Of a stretch of 64,000 nucleotides of DNA, positions 1 to 9,452 are shown one piece after another. Origin of the DNA: an uncultured Chloroflexia bacterium (GTDB lineage: Bacteria > Chloroflexota > Anaerolineae > B4-G1 > SLSP01); NCBI GenBank assembly GCA_963751345.1, contig CAVVUS010000018.1:32001-96000 (forward strand), given 5' to 3'. Position numbers and translations under genes: made by a program. The notes beneath the pieces are model-generated. The model did not search any database, was not told where the DNA came from, and saw only the letters and a list, made by a program, of their open reading frames with translations. Position 1 is the first letter of the stretch; each line of letters begins with the position of its first letter.

Positions 1-300
1 GACCAATATATGGCTCAGATGGACTATCCCGGCTTTCTCCGGGCGCTGCTCTCCACGATTCGTTACGGTCCGTTGGGCACGATGGCCGATGCCTACGCAC
101 GCGTCGGTAAGCAGGAGCGCCGGGTGCTCCTGATCTGGGGTCGCGAGGACAACACGGTGCCTTTTGCCGTGAGCGAGAACGTGGTGTCGCTGATGCCAAA
201 CGTGGACTTTCACCCCATCGATGACGCCGGACACGTGCCGCATCTGGAACAGCCTGGCCTGGTGAACCAACTGCTCGTCGATTTCCTGTCGAGGGCATAG
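1..300 (+). CDS. Alpha/beta hydrolase, C-terminal part (runs off window start)
   Basis: LLIWGREDNTVP and DAGHVPHLEQP are the typical catalytic Asp and His motifs. Confidence 0.85.
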   Translation, partial: DQYMAQMDYPGFLRALLSTIRYGPLGTMADAYARVGKQERRVLLIWGREDNTVPFAVSENVVSLMPNVDFHPIDDAGHVPHLEQPGLVNQLLVDFLSRA

Positions 301-430
301 CGCCCGGTGCTATGATTTACATACAGGTCGGTGGGCCCTCCGGTCCGGATACCTGTATACTAGGGCAGTGGACGATGCACATCTGACGAGGGCCGGCCAC
401 ACCGTGGGCGGCGAGAGAGGGAGGACAGGT

Positions 431-814
431 ATGGAGGTTGTGGGTTTCAGGATCATGCGTTACACGCGGCAGTTTGATGCCATGTTGCACTTCTACCGCG
501 ACTTATTGGAGATGCGCTGCATTCAGAACTGGAAGAACCCGGGTGTCACCGGCGCTGTGCTCACGCCGGGGCGAGCGGGTGGACATACGACGATCGAGAT
601 CCTCGATTCCAGGGATCGGCCCCTTCAGAAGGGCAAGCCGGCCAACGTCGACCTGAGCCTAGAGGTCAGAGACGCGGATGCCTGGGAAGATCGGCTTCGA
701 AGACAGGGCGTGCAGATCGCCGAGGAAATCGAGGACAAACCTTGGGGCCATCGTGCCTTCGGGATCGAGGACCCTGACGGCCTGCGGGTGACGCTCTACC
801 AGGTTATCGGTTAG
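431..814 (+). CDS. VOC/glyoxalase family protein
   Basis: FYRDLL, KPWGHRAFGIEDPDG motifs; ATG at 431 after GAGG. Confidence 0.85.
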   Translation: MEVVGFRIMRYTRQFDAMLHFYRDLLEMRCIQNWKNPGVTGAVLTPGRAGGHTTIEILDSRDRPLQKGKPANVDLSLEVRDADAWEDRLRRQGVQIAEEIEDKPWGHRAFGIEDPDGLRVTLYQVIG

Positions 815-833
815 GGCCAAGTGGGTCATTGCA

Positions 834-1877
834 ATGAGTCCGTCGTCTGACGCGCTGTTCGGTGAGATCGTCCATGGCCTGATGACGCTCTTCGGTCCCT
901 GGTCCGAGTATGTGGAAAAGAAGGAGTGGGTGACCGAGGGTCCGGTCGGGTTGCTGGCCGTGCGGACCGTGAACGGCTCGATCGTGGTCCACGGAGCAGA
1001 TCAGGACGGGGTGACAGCGACGTCCTGGGTGACAGTTCGGGGGCCGACGCGGGATCTGGCCGAGTATTTCGCCACGCGTGTCAAGGTGCATATGGATCAC
1101 AGGGGCGAAAACGTCTCCTTCTATACGCTTTATCCCCGCCCACCGCTCGGGTGCTCGGTCTTCGTGCGCTATGAACTCACCGTGCCCCGGGGTACCGACG
1201 CCGTTCTATTCACAGAGAATGGTGGCATTGACATTGACGCGACGGAGGGGGCCGTTGAGGCAGAGGCTTGGAGCGGCAACATCCGGCTCGTGGACTCGCT
1301 TGGGCCCGCGCAGCTCGTTACCTCCCAGGGCGCAATCTGGATATCGGGCTCCGAGGGATCTGTGGACGCCACGAGTGGTGGTGGCACGATTGAGGCGCGA
1401 GATGTCACGGGCCATATCAAGCTGAGAACGACCCGCGGGAATGTCCTCGTCCTAAGAAGCGACGGCGCCGTGCAGGTGCGGAGCCACAACGGCGACATCG
1501 ACCTCAGGGGAGGGCGCGGTGAGGTGACGCTCGAGACGACGCGGGGGGACATTCGTGCCACGCTCGAACGGCTCGATGGGCCGGGTGTATTCGCCAGTAA
1601 GACAGGCGATGTCATCGTCGCAGTGCACGAGGGTGGCCTGTCGATCGATGCCGAGTCCGTCCAGGGCAGCGTGGATCTGCGCCTGCCCGCTGGGTACAAC
1701 GGCGAACTTGAGGTGGAGACCGCCGGCGGCGCCATACAGTGCGAGCTTCCGGTCGATGCCAGAATTGCGTCCCCCAGCCTGTTGTTGGGACAACTGGGCG
1801 AAGGTGGCAGCGCGCTAGTCAGGGCGCGGGCCTTCGATGGAAGTGTTCGGCTGAGAAGCTGGCAGTCGGACTCCTGA
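834..1877 (+). CDS. DUF4097 family beta-strand repeat protein
   Basis: Repeated TxxGxI units (TVNGSI, TENGGI, TSQGAI, TTRGNV, TTRGDI, SVQGSV). Confidence 0.8.
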   Translation: MSPSSDALFGEIVHGLMTLFGPWSEYVEKKEWVTEGPVGLLAVRTVNGSIVVHGADQDGVTATSWVTVRGPTRDLAEYFATRVKVHMDHRGENVSFYTLYPRPPLGCSVFVRYELTVPRGTDAVLFTENGGIDIDATEGAVEAEAWSGNIRLVDSLGPAQLVTSQGAIWISGSEGSVDATSGGGTIEARDVTGHIKLRTTRGNVLVLRSDGAVQVRSHNGDIDLRGGRGEVTLETTRGDIRATLERLDGPGVFASKTGDVIVAVHEGGLSIDAESVQGSVDLRLPAGYNGELEVETAGGAIQCELPVDARIASPSLLLGQLGEGGSALVRARAFDGSVRLRSWQSDS

Positions 1878-1911
1878 TTGTGATGGCTCTGATGACGAGG
1901 TAACGTTGTCT

Positions 1912-2637
1912 ATGGTATATCAGTGGTTACTTCTTGATGCAGATGGCACGCTCTTCGACTATGATGCGGCCGAGCGCCAGGCGTTGGGGGCAACGCTGGC
2001 TCACTACGGGATTCCATTTACCCCCGATGTCCTGACAACATACCGCAGGGTCAACGGACAGTTGTGGCGTGACTTCGAGCAGGGCAAGATGACCTCGGAG
2101 CGCATTAAGACGGAGCGATTTGCCCTGCTTTTTGGGGAACTCGTTCTGACGCAGACTTCGCCGGATCCTCTTGGATTCAGCAATACATATCTGGCGAATC
2201 TTGGCACCTGCACCGCCATGATGCCCGGGGCCGAGGACGTGCTGCAGGCGCTCACCGGGCAGATCCATCTGGCCCTGATCACCAACGGACTCTCGAAAGT
2301 GCAGCGCGCGCGGTTGGCCAATTCCGGTGTCGGTCACTATTTCGAGGCCCTGGTAATCTCCGAGGAGGAGGGTGTTGCCAAGCCGGATCCTGGTATCTTC
2401 GACGTGATCTTCGCACGCATGGGCATGCCCGGGCGGGACGAGGTTTTGATGGTGGGGGATAGCTTGACATCAGACATCCGGGGAGCCAACCGATATGGCA
2501 TTGACGCCTGCTGGTACAACCCCTCAGGTCTCCCACGTGCCCCCGGCTTCGACGTTCGCTATGAGATTGCGGCCCTGCAGCAGCTTCTCGCTATCGTCGA
2601 CGTCCAGGAGAGAGATGGGCAAGATAGAACGTCATAG
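1912..2637 (+). CDS. yjjG: YjjG-family HAD noncanonical pyrimidine nucleotidase
   Basis: DADGTLFDY, ITNG, KPDPGIF, MVGDSLTSDI motifs. Confidence 0.85.
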   Translation: MVYQWLLLDADGTLFDYDAAERQALGATLAHYGIPFTPDVLTTYRRVNGQLWRDFEQGKMTSERIKTERFALLFGELVLTQTSPDPLGFSNTYLANLGTCTAMMPGAEDVLQALTGQIHLALITNGLSKVQRARLANSGVGHYFEALVISEEEGVAKPDPGIFDVIFARMGMPGRDEVLMVGDSLTSDIRGANRYGIDACWYNPSGLPRAPGFDVRYEIAALQQLLAIVDVQERDGQDRTS

Positions 2638-3448
2638 GCAGGACCTGATGCCACTGCTCGCCGCGTTTTTGGAGACTGGCGAATCGGCCGATCTACACGC
2701 CTATCTGGTGTCAAATAGTAACCTCCCTGGGCCTCGAGGTAACCTGGAGCTAGCGTCGGCGTTTGGTGATGTCGTGGGCGACATGGGAGAGGAGAATGTG
2801 GGCAGGCTCTGGGACCTGTGTCTCGAGATGACGCAGATTCCCGCGGAGGTGGCAGGGGTTAACAATCCCGAGTCGTTCCTCCCTTTCTGCGGCACCGTTG
2901 CACTCGGAGCGCTCGGAGCTGTCTCTGGGAATCATACCGACCCGGCACTCGCGCGGCTCCGGATCCTGGCCCGCGATCCACGCTGGCGCATCAGGGAGGC
3001 GATCAGTTTTGGCCTTTCACGGCTGATGGCAAGCCGGCCCACGAAGACGCTCGATGCGCTTGATGGGTGGGTGATCGGCGGTGACCCGCTTGAACTGCGA
3101 GCCGTAGCTGCCGGCGTTGCCGACCCACCTCTGCTGCAATCGAACGACGTAGCAGAAAGGGCTCTGGTTCTGCACGAGCGCATCCTGGCCCAAGTTGAAT
3201 CCTGGCCTGCGGCTTCTCGCAAGGCCGAGTCGTTCAAAGTCCTGCGGCAGGGGCTTGCCTTCACGCTCAGTGTCGTGGTGGCAGCCTCGCCCGAACGAGG
3301 CTTTCGCTTGATGCACCGGTTGGCGTCATCGTCGGATCGCGATATCCGTTGGATCCTCGCGCAGAACCTCAAGAAGAAGCGCTTGACCTCACCTTACCCC
3401 GATGAAGTGCAGGCATTGATCCTCGCCCTGCAACGCGGTCCTGTATAG
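2615..3448 (+). CDS. HEAT-repeat protein (possibly AlkD-like DNA alkylation repair family)
   Basis: SNLPGPRGNLELA N-terminus, DPRWRIREAI HEAT motif, all-helical pattern, ends WILAQNLKKKRL; overlaps the yjjG stop. Confidence 0.6.
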   Translation: MGKIERHRQDLMPLLAAFLETGESADLHAYLVSNSNLPGPRGNLELASAFGDVVGDMGEENVGRLWDLCLEMTQIPAEVAGVNNPESFLPFCGTVALGALGAVSGNHTDPALARLRILARDPRWRIREAISFGLSRLMASRPTKTLDALDGWVIGGDPLELRAVAAGVADPPLLQSNDVAERALVLHERILAQVESWPAASRKAESFKVLRQGLAFTLSVVVAASPERGFRLMHRLASSSDRDIRWILAQNLKKKRLTSPYPDEVQALILALQRGPV

Positions 3449-3451
3449 ACC

Positions 3452-3480
3452 TGTCACATTCCGACGCTCCCCGGTGTCTA
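3452..3480 (+). promoter_or_regulatory. Putative ECF autoregulatory promoter TGTCACA-N16-TGTCTA
   Basis: Lies directly upstream of the ECF sigma gene; resembles TGTCACA-N16-CGTC ECF promoters. Confidence 0.6.
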
Positions 3481-3484
3481 TATC

Positions 3485-4075
3485 ATGAAGGGCAGATGCA
3501 AAAAGATGGCGACAACGTGGGATGGGACCTCCGCAGAGCGTACGCTGCCGGGACAGGATGCCGAAAGGGTGCTTGAAAGGGCCCTGGAGGAGCACTGGCA
3601 CCGTGTCTGCGCGGTGCTCTATCGCTTGGTCGGCGACTGGGATGAGGCCGAAGATCTGGCGCTTGAGGTCTTCTATCGACTCCACAAGCGCCCCCCACGC
3701 GACGTCGAGAAGGTGGCGAGTTGGCTCTACCGCGTCGCTACAAACCTTGGCTACAATGCCATTCGCGCGCGTCGTCGTCGACGTCATTATGAGGAGGCTG
3801 CCGGCAAGCTGGAGTGCCAGCGCGTCGTCTCGATGGACCCCGAGCGAGAGGTAGAGCGTCGCCAGGCTCAGCGGCGAATCCGCGAGGTGCTGTCGGGGAT
3901 GCGGCCTCGCTTCGCCCGGCTGCTCGTCCTGCGGCAGTTCGGTCTATCTTACGCCGAACTGGCCGAGGCGCTGGGCATCGCGCCGGGATCCGTCGGGACG
4001 CTTTTGGCTCGTGCGGAAAGCGCGTTCGAAGCGGGCTATCTGGCCCTGGAGGGCAACGATGCGACACTTGAGTGA
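3485..4075 (+). CDS. ECF RNA polymerase sigma factor (start may be 3506)
   Basis: DEAEDLALEVF, SWLYRVATN, GLSYAELAEALGI..GSVGTLLARA (regions 2 and 4). Confidence 0.92.
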   Translation: MKGRCKKMATTWDGTSAERTLPGQDAERVLERALEEHWHRVCAVLYRLVGDWDEAEDLALEVFYRLHKRPPRDVEKVASWLYRVATNLGYNAIRARRRRRHYEEAAGKLECQRVVSMDPEREVERRQAQRRIREVLSGMRPRFARLLVLRQFGLSYAELAEALGIAPGSVGTLLARAESAFEAGYLALEGNDATLE

Positions 4076-5252
4076 AGGTCAACTTCGTGCTTATCACGAT
4101 GGCGCGCTGGGACCGCGGTCACGTGCACGCGTCCAAGCTCACCTTGGGAACTGCGCCCGTTGTGAACGACGGTCGCACCAGGTCGTCGAACGCGGCGCTC
4201 GGGTCGCCGCGTGGGTGGCAGCGCCCCAGCCTTCACCCCGGGAAGCCCACCCCATCATCTCTGTGCAGTCTGCCCGACTGAGACTTGAGAGATACGAAGA
4301 GAGCAGAGAGGAGGCCGAAGAGCCTATGGCTAAGCTAAAGAGAGGACTATCGCGCCGTATCAGCCCTGCCTGGGTCGCCGTGATCCTGTTGGTGATCCTG
4401 GGACTGAGCTTCACGCTGGAGCCGGTCCGCACGTTGGCGAGCAGCTTCCTGGGACTGTTCCGCGTGCAGAAGATAGAGTTTGTGGCGTTTGACCCGTCAT
4501 CCCTGCTCGACGGTCAGGGCGTGGAAACGGCAATGCAGTCGTTGGAAAAGATGATGGACGAACAGGTCGCCGTCGACGTCGACGGCGAGCCCCAGAACGT
4601 GGACGAGGCGACGCTTCGCTCGCTCTCGGCCTTCCGGGTGCGTCTACCGCAGGCCGTCGATGGCGAGCCGCACTACGCGCTGACGCCAGGCGCCACCATC
4701 GACGTCAAGGTGGATCTGCCGCGCATCAAGGCGCTGCTCTCCGAGCTGGGGTATCAGGATGTTCAACTACCAAGTGCCCTCGACGGGGCGGACGTGAGCG
4801 TGCAGTTGTCGCCGTCGGCCATCTCGTCCTACGGATCCTGTGAGCCGAACACCGAGGAATGGGCCGCTGCGCATGGCCCTTCCGATTTCAGTGGCGACTG
4901 CACGGCCCTCATGCAGATGGTCAGTCCTGACGTCTCGGCCCCCGAAGGGTTGGATCTGCAGCAGTTAGGGTTGGCCTATTTGCAGCTTCTCGGTATGAGT
5001 CCCAGCGAGGCGACGCAGTTCAGCCAGCACGTCGATTGGACGGCGACACTCGTGATCCCGGTCCCACAGTCCGAGGCAACGTACACCGACGTGAGCGTGG
5101 ATGGCGTCACTGGCGCGCTGATCCGGCCTACGCACAACCGTCTTCCCACTTCGGAGTATCTTCTGATGTGGATCAAGGACGACGTCGTTTACGCGCTTAT
5201 GGGAACGGGAAGTCAGGCTGAGGCGCTTCAGATCGCCAATTCGCTTCAGTAA
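4059..5252 (+). CDS. ZAS (zf-HC2) transmembrane anti-sigma factor
   Basis: N-terminal H..HLGNCARC, one TM helix, extracytoplasmic domain ending ALQIANSL; overlaps the sigma gene. Confidence 0.88.
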   Translation: MRHLSEGQLRAYHDGALGPRSRARVQAHLGNCARCERRSHQVVERGARVAAWVAAPQPSPREAHPIISVQSARLRLERYEESREEAEEPMAKLKRGLSRRISPAWVAVILLVILGLSFTLEPVRTLASSFLGLFRVQKIEFVAFDPSSLLDGQGVETAMQSLEKMMDEQVAVDVDGEPQNVDEATLRSLSAFRVRLPQAVDGEPHYALTPGATIDVKVDLPRIKALLSELGYQDVQLPSALDGADVSVQLSPSAISSYGSCEPNTEEWAAAHGPSDFSGDCTALMQMVSPDVSAPEGLDLQQLGLAYLQLLGMSPSEATQFSQHVDWTATLVIPVPQSEATYTDVSVDGVTGALIRPTHNRLPTSEYLLMWIKDDVVYALMGTGSQAEALQIANSLQ

Positions 5253-5291
5253 CACGTTGCTGGCTGGCTGGTAGCCGGTAGACATCGATCG

Positions 5292-5328
5292 CAAGACTAC
5301 CCCAAGGGTCGCCCCTGGGGTGGTCTTG
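5292..5328. terminator. Intergenic hairpin followed by a TACAAT -10 box
   Basis: CAAGACTACCCCA...TGGGGTGGTCTTG inverted repeat; TACAAT at 5331-5336. Confidence 0.5.
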
Positions 5329-5346
5329 TGTACAATCATAGGTGAT

Positions 5347-6379
5347 ATGGTCACGTCAACTCGTACGAGCCTTGCGATTGATGTTCAGCATCTGCACAAG
5401 ACCTTCGGTGAGCAAGTTGCCGTTGCTGACCTGACGCTGCAGGTCGAGCGGGGCGAGGTTTTCGGCTTCCTAGGGCCCAATGGCGCGGGAAAGACGACCT
5501 CGGTCAAGATGTTCCTGGGCCTGGTCGCGTCGACGGCGGGCACCGGACAGATTCTGGGGTTGCCGCTCGGCGATCCCCAGGGCCGTGCCAAGGTAGGGTT
5601 CCTGCCGGAGCATTTCCGTTTTCACGATTGGCTGACCGCCACGGAGTTCCTCCGCCTCCACGCGGATCTCTACAAGATCCCCGCGAGCGTGAGCCGCAAG
5701 CGCATCCCCGAGCTTCTGGACCTGGTAGGGCTATCGCCCCACGCCGGGAAGAAGCTGCGCGCCTTTTCAAAGGGGATGCTGCAGCGCATCGGCCTGGCCC
5801 AGGCGCTGCTCAATGAACCGGATCTCGTCTTCCTCGACGAACCCACCTCGGGGCTTGATCCGATGGGACGGCGGTTGGTGCGCGACATCATCCACGATCT
5901 GAAGAAGCGTGGCACCGCCGTCTTTCTTAACTCCCATCTGCTCAGCGAGGTCGAGGTGACGTGCGATCGCGTGGCCTTCATCCGCCACGGCGAGGTGGTC
6001 TACACCAGCGCGCTCAACACGCTCGTCGAGGGCGAGGAGCTCCTCGCCCGTGAGCTCACCGTCGCCATCGGGCGCACCCGCACGATGCCGCGTTGGGCTC
6101 TTCCTTTCCGCTCGAGGTGATCGCCGGGCTGGCCCGTTGGGGCGACAACATCCGCGCCGGCGGCGACGTCCGCGCCGACGGAGGCAACCGCCGTTCTGAC
6201 GGAGGCAACCCCGTTCTGACGGAGGCATGATCTCAATGACCGTGCACCGGGAGTCGGATCTTCCGGCTATCGCGCGATATCTGATGGATTGCGGGCTTGA
6301 CCTCTACGCCTTCTCGCCCCAGAGAATCTCGCTTGAGGATCTCTTCGTCGAGATCCTCGGCGCCGACAGCGAGGTGTGA
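5347..6379 (+). CDS. ABC transporter ATP-binding protein (frameshifted at about 6040-6220)
   Basis: GPNGAGKT, FSKGMLQR, LDEPTSGLD; typical C-terminus SLEDLFVEIL found in another frame ending at 6379. Confidence 0.85.
6177..6227 (+). repeat. Approximately 21-bp tandem repeat, 2.5 copies
   Basis: GACGGAGGCAACCGCCGTTCT / GACGGAGGCAACCCCGTTCT / GACGGAGGCA. Confidence 0.85.
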
Positions 6380-6383
6380 CGCG

Positions 6384-7223
6384 ATGACTACGTGGGTGAT
6401 TGCCCGGCTGACGTTCCGTGAGGCCTCACGGCGCAAGATCGTGTTTGCCGCGCTCGTGTTGGGCGTGGTCTTCCTGGGCGTCTACGGCGCGGGCCTCTAC
6501 TTCATCCGGCAGGATCTGGCGCGGTCGGGCGAGATAGGGAACCCCCTGATCAGCAACCAGATCTTCAACTTCCTGCTGCTGAGCGGGCTTTACGTCGTCA
6601 ACTTCCTCTTTGTCGTGATGGCGGTTCTGACCTCAGTGGACACTATCGCCGGTGAGATCAACTCCGGCACGATCCAGTCGTTGGTCGCCAAGCCGGTGCG
6701 CCGGTGGGAGATTCTGCTGGGCAAATGGTTCGGCTTCATCGTTATGCTGACCCTCTACCTGGCCCTGATGGCAGGCGGCGTGATCGCGATCAACCGGGCG
6801 ATCACCGGGTACCAAGCCTCGAACGTGTTTCGCGCGATGGCCTTGATTTGGCTCAACGGGTGCTTGCTGTTGAGCGTCAGCTTCCTCGGCGGCACGCGGC
6901 TCTCCACGCTGGCCAACGGCGTCCTCGCCTTTGCGGCCTACGGCGTCGCCTTCGTCGGGGGATGGATCGAGCAGATCGGGTCGTTCCTGGAGAGCACGAC
7001 AGCCATCAACGTGGGCATCGTCTCCAGCTTGCTGCTGCCCAGTGAGGCGCTGTGGAAGCGTGCGGCCTACGAGATGCGCTCCCCTATCGTAGACGTCATG
7101 GGATTCTCCCCGTTTACCTCCGGTAACTCGGTGCCCAGCGGTCTGATGGTGGGGTACGCCGTTGCCTATGCCGTCGTCGCGCTCGCGCTGGCAGTCTGGA
7201 GCTTCAGTCGTCGCGATCTGTAA
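6384..7223 (+). CDS. ABC-2 type transporter permease
   Basis: IARLTFREA start, EINSGTIQSLVAKPVRRWEILLGK, FSRRDL end; multiple TM helices. Confidence 0.9.
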   Translation: MTTWVIARLTFREASRRKIVFAALVLGVVFLGVYGAGLYFIRQDLARSGEIGNPLISNQIFNFLLLSGLYVVNFLFVVMAVLTSVDTIAGEINSGTIQSLVAKPVRRWEILLGKWFGFIVMLTLYLALMAGGVIAINRAITGYQASNVFRAMALIWLNGCLLLSVSFLGGTRLSTLANGVLAFAAYGVAFVGGWIEQIGSFLESTTAINVGIVSSLLLPSEALWKRAAYEMRSPIVDVMGFSPFTSGNSVPSGLMVGYAVAYAVVALALAVWSFSRRDL

Positions 7224-7235
7224 TGCCCGCATTTC

Positions 7236-7260
7236 GTAGAGACGGGTCACCGACCCGTCT
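7236..7260 (+). repeat. GTAG-type REP-like palindrome
   Basis: GTAG + AGACGGGTC-ACC-GACCCGTCT, just after the permease stop. Confidence 0.6.
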
Positions 7261-7376
7261 TCTGGTATGAACGCCCGTTGAATGTTGGTATGATCTTCGT
7301 CGTGAGGGTTCTGATTGAGCGGTGCATCTGCGCCCAGAGATGAGGCACGACCCAATCTACACGATCGCGCGCCGAG

Positions 7377-7404
7377 TTGTCCGATAGAACTTTTGTGCTA
7401 TCAT
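7377..7404 (+). promoter_or_regulatory. Sigma70 promoter with a putative LexA (SOS) box in its spacer
   Basis: TTGTCC-N16-TATCAT with extended TG; AGAAC-TTTT-GTGCT at 7386-7399 is one mismatch from AGAAC-N4-GTTCT. Confidence 0.65.
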
Positions 7405-7441
7405 GTGGGCTAGGAACGTCGTAGCCAAGTGAGGAGGTCGG

Positions 7442-8518
7442 ATGCCAGCCGATCCGTCCGCGTTGACCATTTGGACCACCCAACCCGACAGCCCGCTAGC
7501 ACGTCATCTGCGGGAGATGGGCTTCACTGTCGGCGCCATCGAGGAGGATGAGGGCGACATCGATCGCTACATCCTTGGCCCACAACTCGCGGTCGAGCGT
7601 CGTACGGCCCGCACCTTCCTGTTGGGCATCCAGGACAAGACGCTCTTCACCTCTGCTATCTATCTCCGCGAGCACTTTGAGATCCCGATTCTCATCGTCG
7701 AGGGTAGTATCGACTACGGGACCACGGGGTTTCATCCCCAGGCCGTGCGTGGCGCGCTGTCGTCCATGATGCTTGAATATGGCGTGAGCGTCCTTTCCAC
7801 TCCGGACGAGGGGGAGACTGCTCAGCTTCTGGCGATGATGGCGCGCCATGCCCAGGCGGGTATTCCCGAGATCTCCCTGGTCCCCAAGCGCAAAGCCGTG
7901 ATCTTGCCCGATCTACAGCGGCGCGTGGTGGAGATGCTGCCGGGCTGCGGACGGGTGACTGCAAGGGATCTGCTGCAGCATTTCGGCAGTGTCGAGCGCA
8001 TCGTCTCCGCGGGGCAGACGGAGCTGCAGCACGTCCGCGGCATCGGTAGGACGCGCGCCGCCGAAATCCACCGCGTCTTGCACGCAGATTATGAGGCGGT
8101 CGATACCGAACAGAACCTGGAGGACGCCATCACGGCTTCGCCGGAACTCCTCTTCGATCATGACGTTGAGTTCTTGGCACGACAACACCTTTTCACGACG
8201 GCGGCAGGTGAGCGCAATATCGTCGATCTTGCGTTCTTCGATGTCGCACGCGCCACCGTCGTTTTGGTTGAACTCAAGAGGGGTGGGCTGAACGCGGATC
8301 ACGAGGCACAGCTTCGACGCTATCTTGAGACGGCGGATGAGTCCCCGCTCTTCCACAGCTATCTGGTTCAGGGTGCCGGGCTTCGCGGGATTCTGGCTAC
8401 CGTGGACCGATGTGATTTTACTGCCAGCATCTCCGGACGTCGAGGCTGTTATCGTGGACGAGGCTGCGGTACAATCGAGGTGATCAAGGCGCTACGCCAC
8501 AAGAGACTAGGAGGATAG
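7442..8518 (+). CDS. ERCC4/XPF-like domain + (HhH)2 + NucS-like PD-(D/E)xK nuclease fusion
   Basis: LAVERRT..LF..PILIVEG (ERCC4); LPGCG..ARDLLQHFGS..VRGIG (HhH2); EQNLED..PELL..RQ..IVDL..VELKRG..QLRRY (NucS-like); SD GAGGAGG. Confidence 0.8.
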   Translation: MPADPSALTIWTTQPDSPLARHLREMGFTVGAIEEDEGDIDRYILGPQLAVERRTARTFLLGIQDKTLFTSAIYLREHFEIPILIVEGSIDYGTTGFHPQAVRGALSSMMLEYGVSVLSTPDEGETAQLLAMMARHAQAGIPEISLVPKRKAVILPDLQRRVVEMLPGCGRVTARDLLQHFGSVERIVSAGQTELQHVRGIGRTRAAEIHRVLHADYEAVDTEQNLEDAITASPELLFDHDVEFLARQHLFTTAAGERNIVDLAFFDVARATVVLVELKRGGLNADHEAQLRRYLETADESPLFHSYLVQGAGLRGILATVDRCDFTASISGRRGCYRGRGCGTIEVIKALRHKRLGG

Positions 8519-8522
8519 AGAA

Positions 8523-9452
8523 ATGGAGAAGCTGAGCCGGGCAGCACAGGCCAGAGCGCGGGCATTTGTCTTCGAGTATGGGCGTCCGTTGGAGCGGGCC
8601 AGGTTTCTCTATGCCTTGGAGGGTGGCGACGCGCAGAAGCTGTGCTCGACGAACTGGCGTCCTTCCGAGAACGAGGACGGAGGGTTCGGCCACGGGTTGG
8701 AGTCCGACCTGAGGCTGCCCGACTCGTCGGTGTTGGCCACGACGGTGGGGTTGCAGATCGCTTCGTGAGGTCGGCGCCGGCGCGGATCATCCCTTGGTCG
8801 AGGGGGCCATGCGCTACTTGATGGCGACCTATGACTCCGACCACGAAGTCTGGCCTATGACCCCCCCCAACGTCGACGACGCGCCGCACGCCCCGTGGTG
8901 GCACTATGATGAGGACGTGGCGACCGGTGGGGTGGATTCCTGGCCAATCCCCGTGCGGAGATCGTGGGCTACCTGCACGACTACGCCGATCTGGTGCCGC
9001 CGCAGATGCGGGATCATCTGACGGACGCAGTCATAGAGCATCTCGGGGACCTTGGGACATCTGTCGAGATGCACGAGGCCCTTTGCTATGTGCGCCTCGC
9101 CGAGAGCGAGGGGCTGCCGGAGGCCGCGCGTTTGGAACTGCTGCGCCTGCTGGTGCCGGTGGTGGATGCGACGGTGGCCAAGGACCCGGGCGCGTGGGGT
9201 GGATATGGGCTTACACCGGTCGAGGTCGCCAGCGGTCCGGACTCGCCCTTTGCGGCCCTGTTGGCCGAGCCGCTGTCGGCCAACCTCGATTACGAGATCG
9301 CGCAGCATGCCGAGAGCGGTATCTGGGAGCCCAAGTGGACGTGGGGTGGCGCGTATCCGGAGGCTTGGGAGCAGGCGAGAGAGGACTGGTCCGGAGTCAT
9401 TACCGTTCGGATGTTGGCGACGCTCAAACGTTTCGGGCGCCTGGAAGGGTAG
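8523..9452 (+). CDS. Prenyltransferase/terpenoid-cyclase-fold (alpha/alpha barrel) protein, frameshifted
   Basis: GRPLERARF..NEDGGFGHGLESDLR, APHAPWW, WSGVIT; split over ORFs 8523-8768, 8794-9021 and 8964-9452. Confidence 0.65.

Noticed and set aside
6177-6227. Direct repeats as a possible CRISPR array
   Set aside because: Units are contiguous with no spacers, lie inside a CDS, and no cas genes are present.
7269-7280. Second LexA-like site GAAC-GCCC-GTTG
   Set aside because: One core mismatch, poor flanks, GC-rich spacer and about 100 nt from the promoter; plausible by chance.
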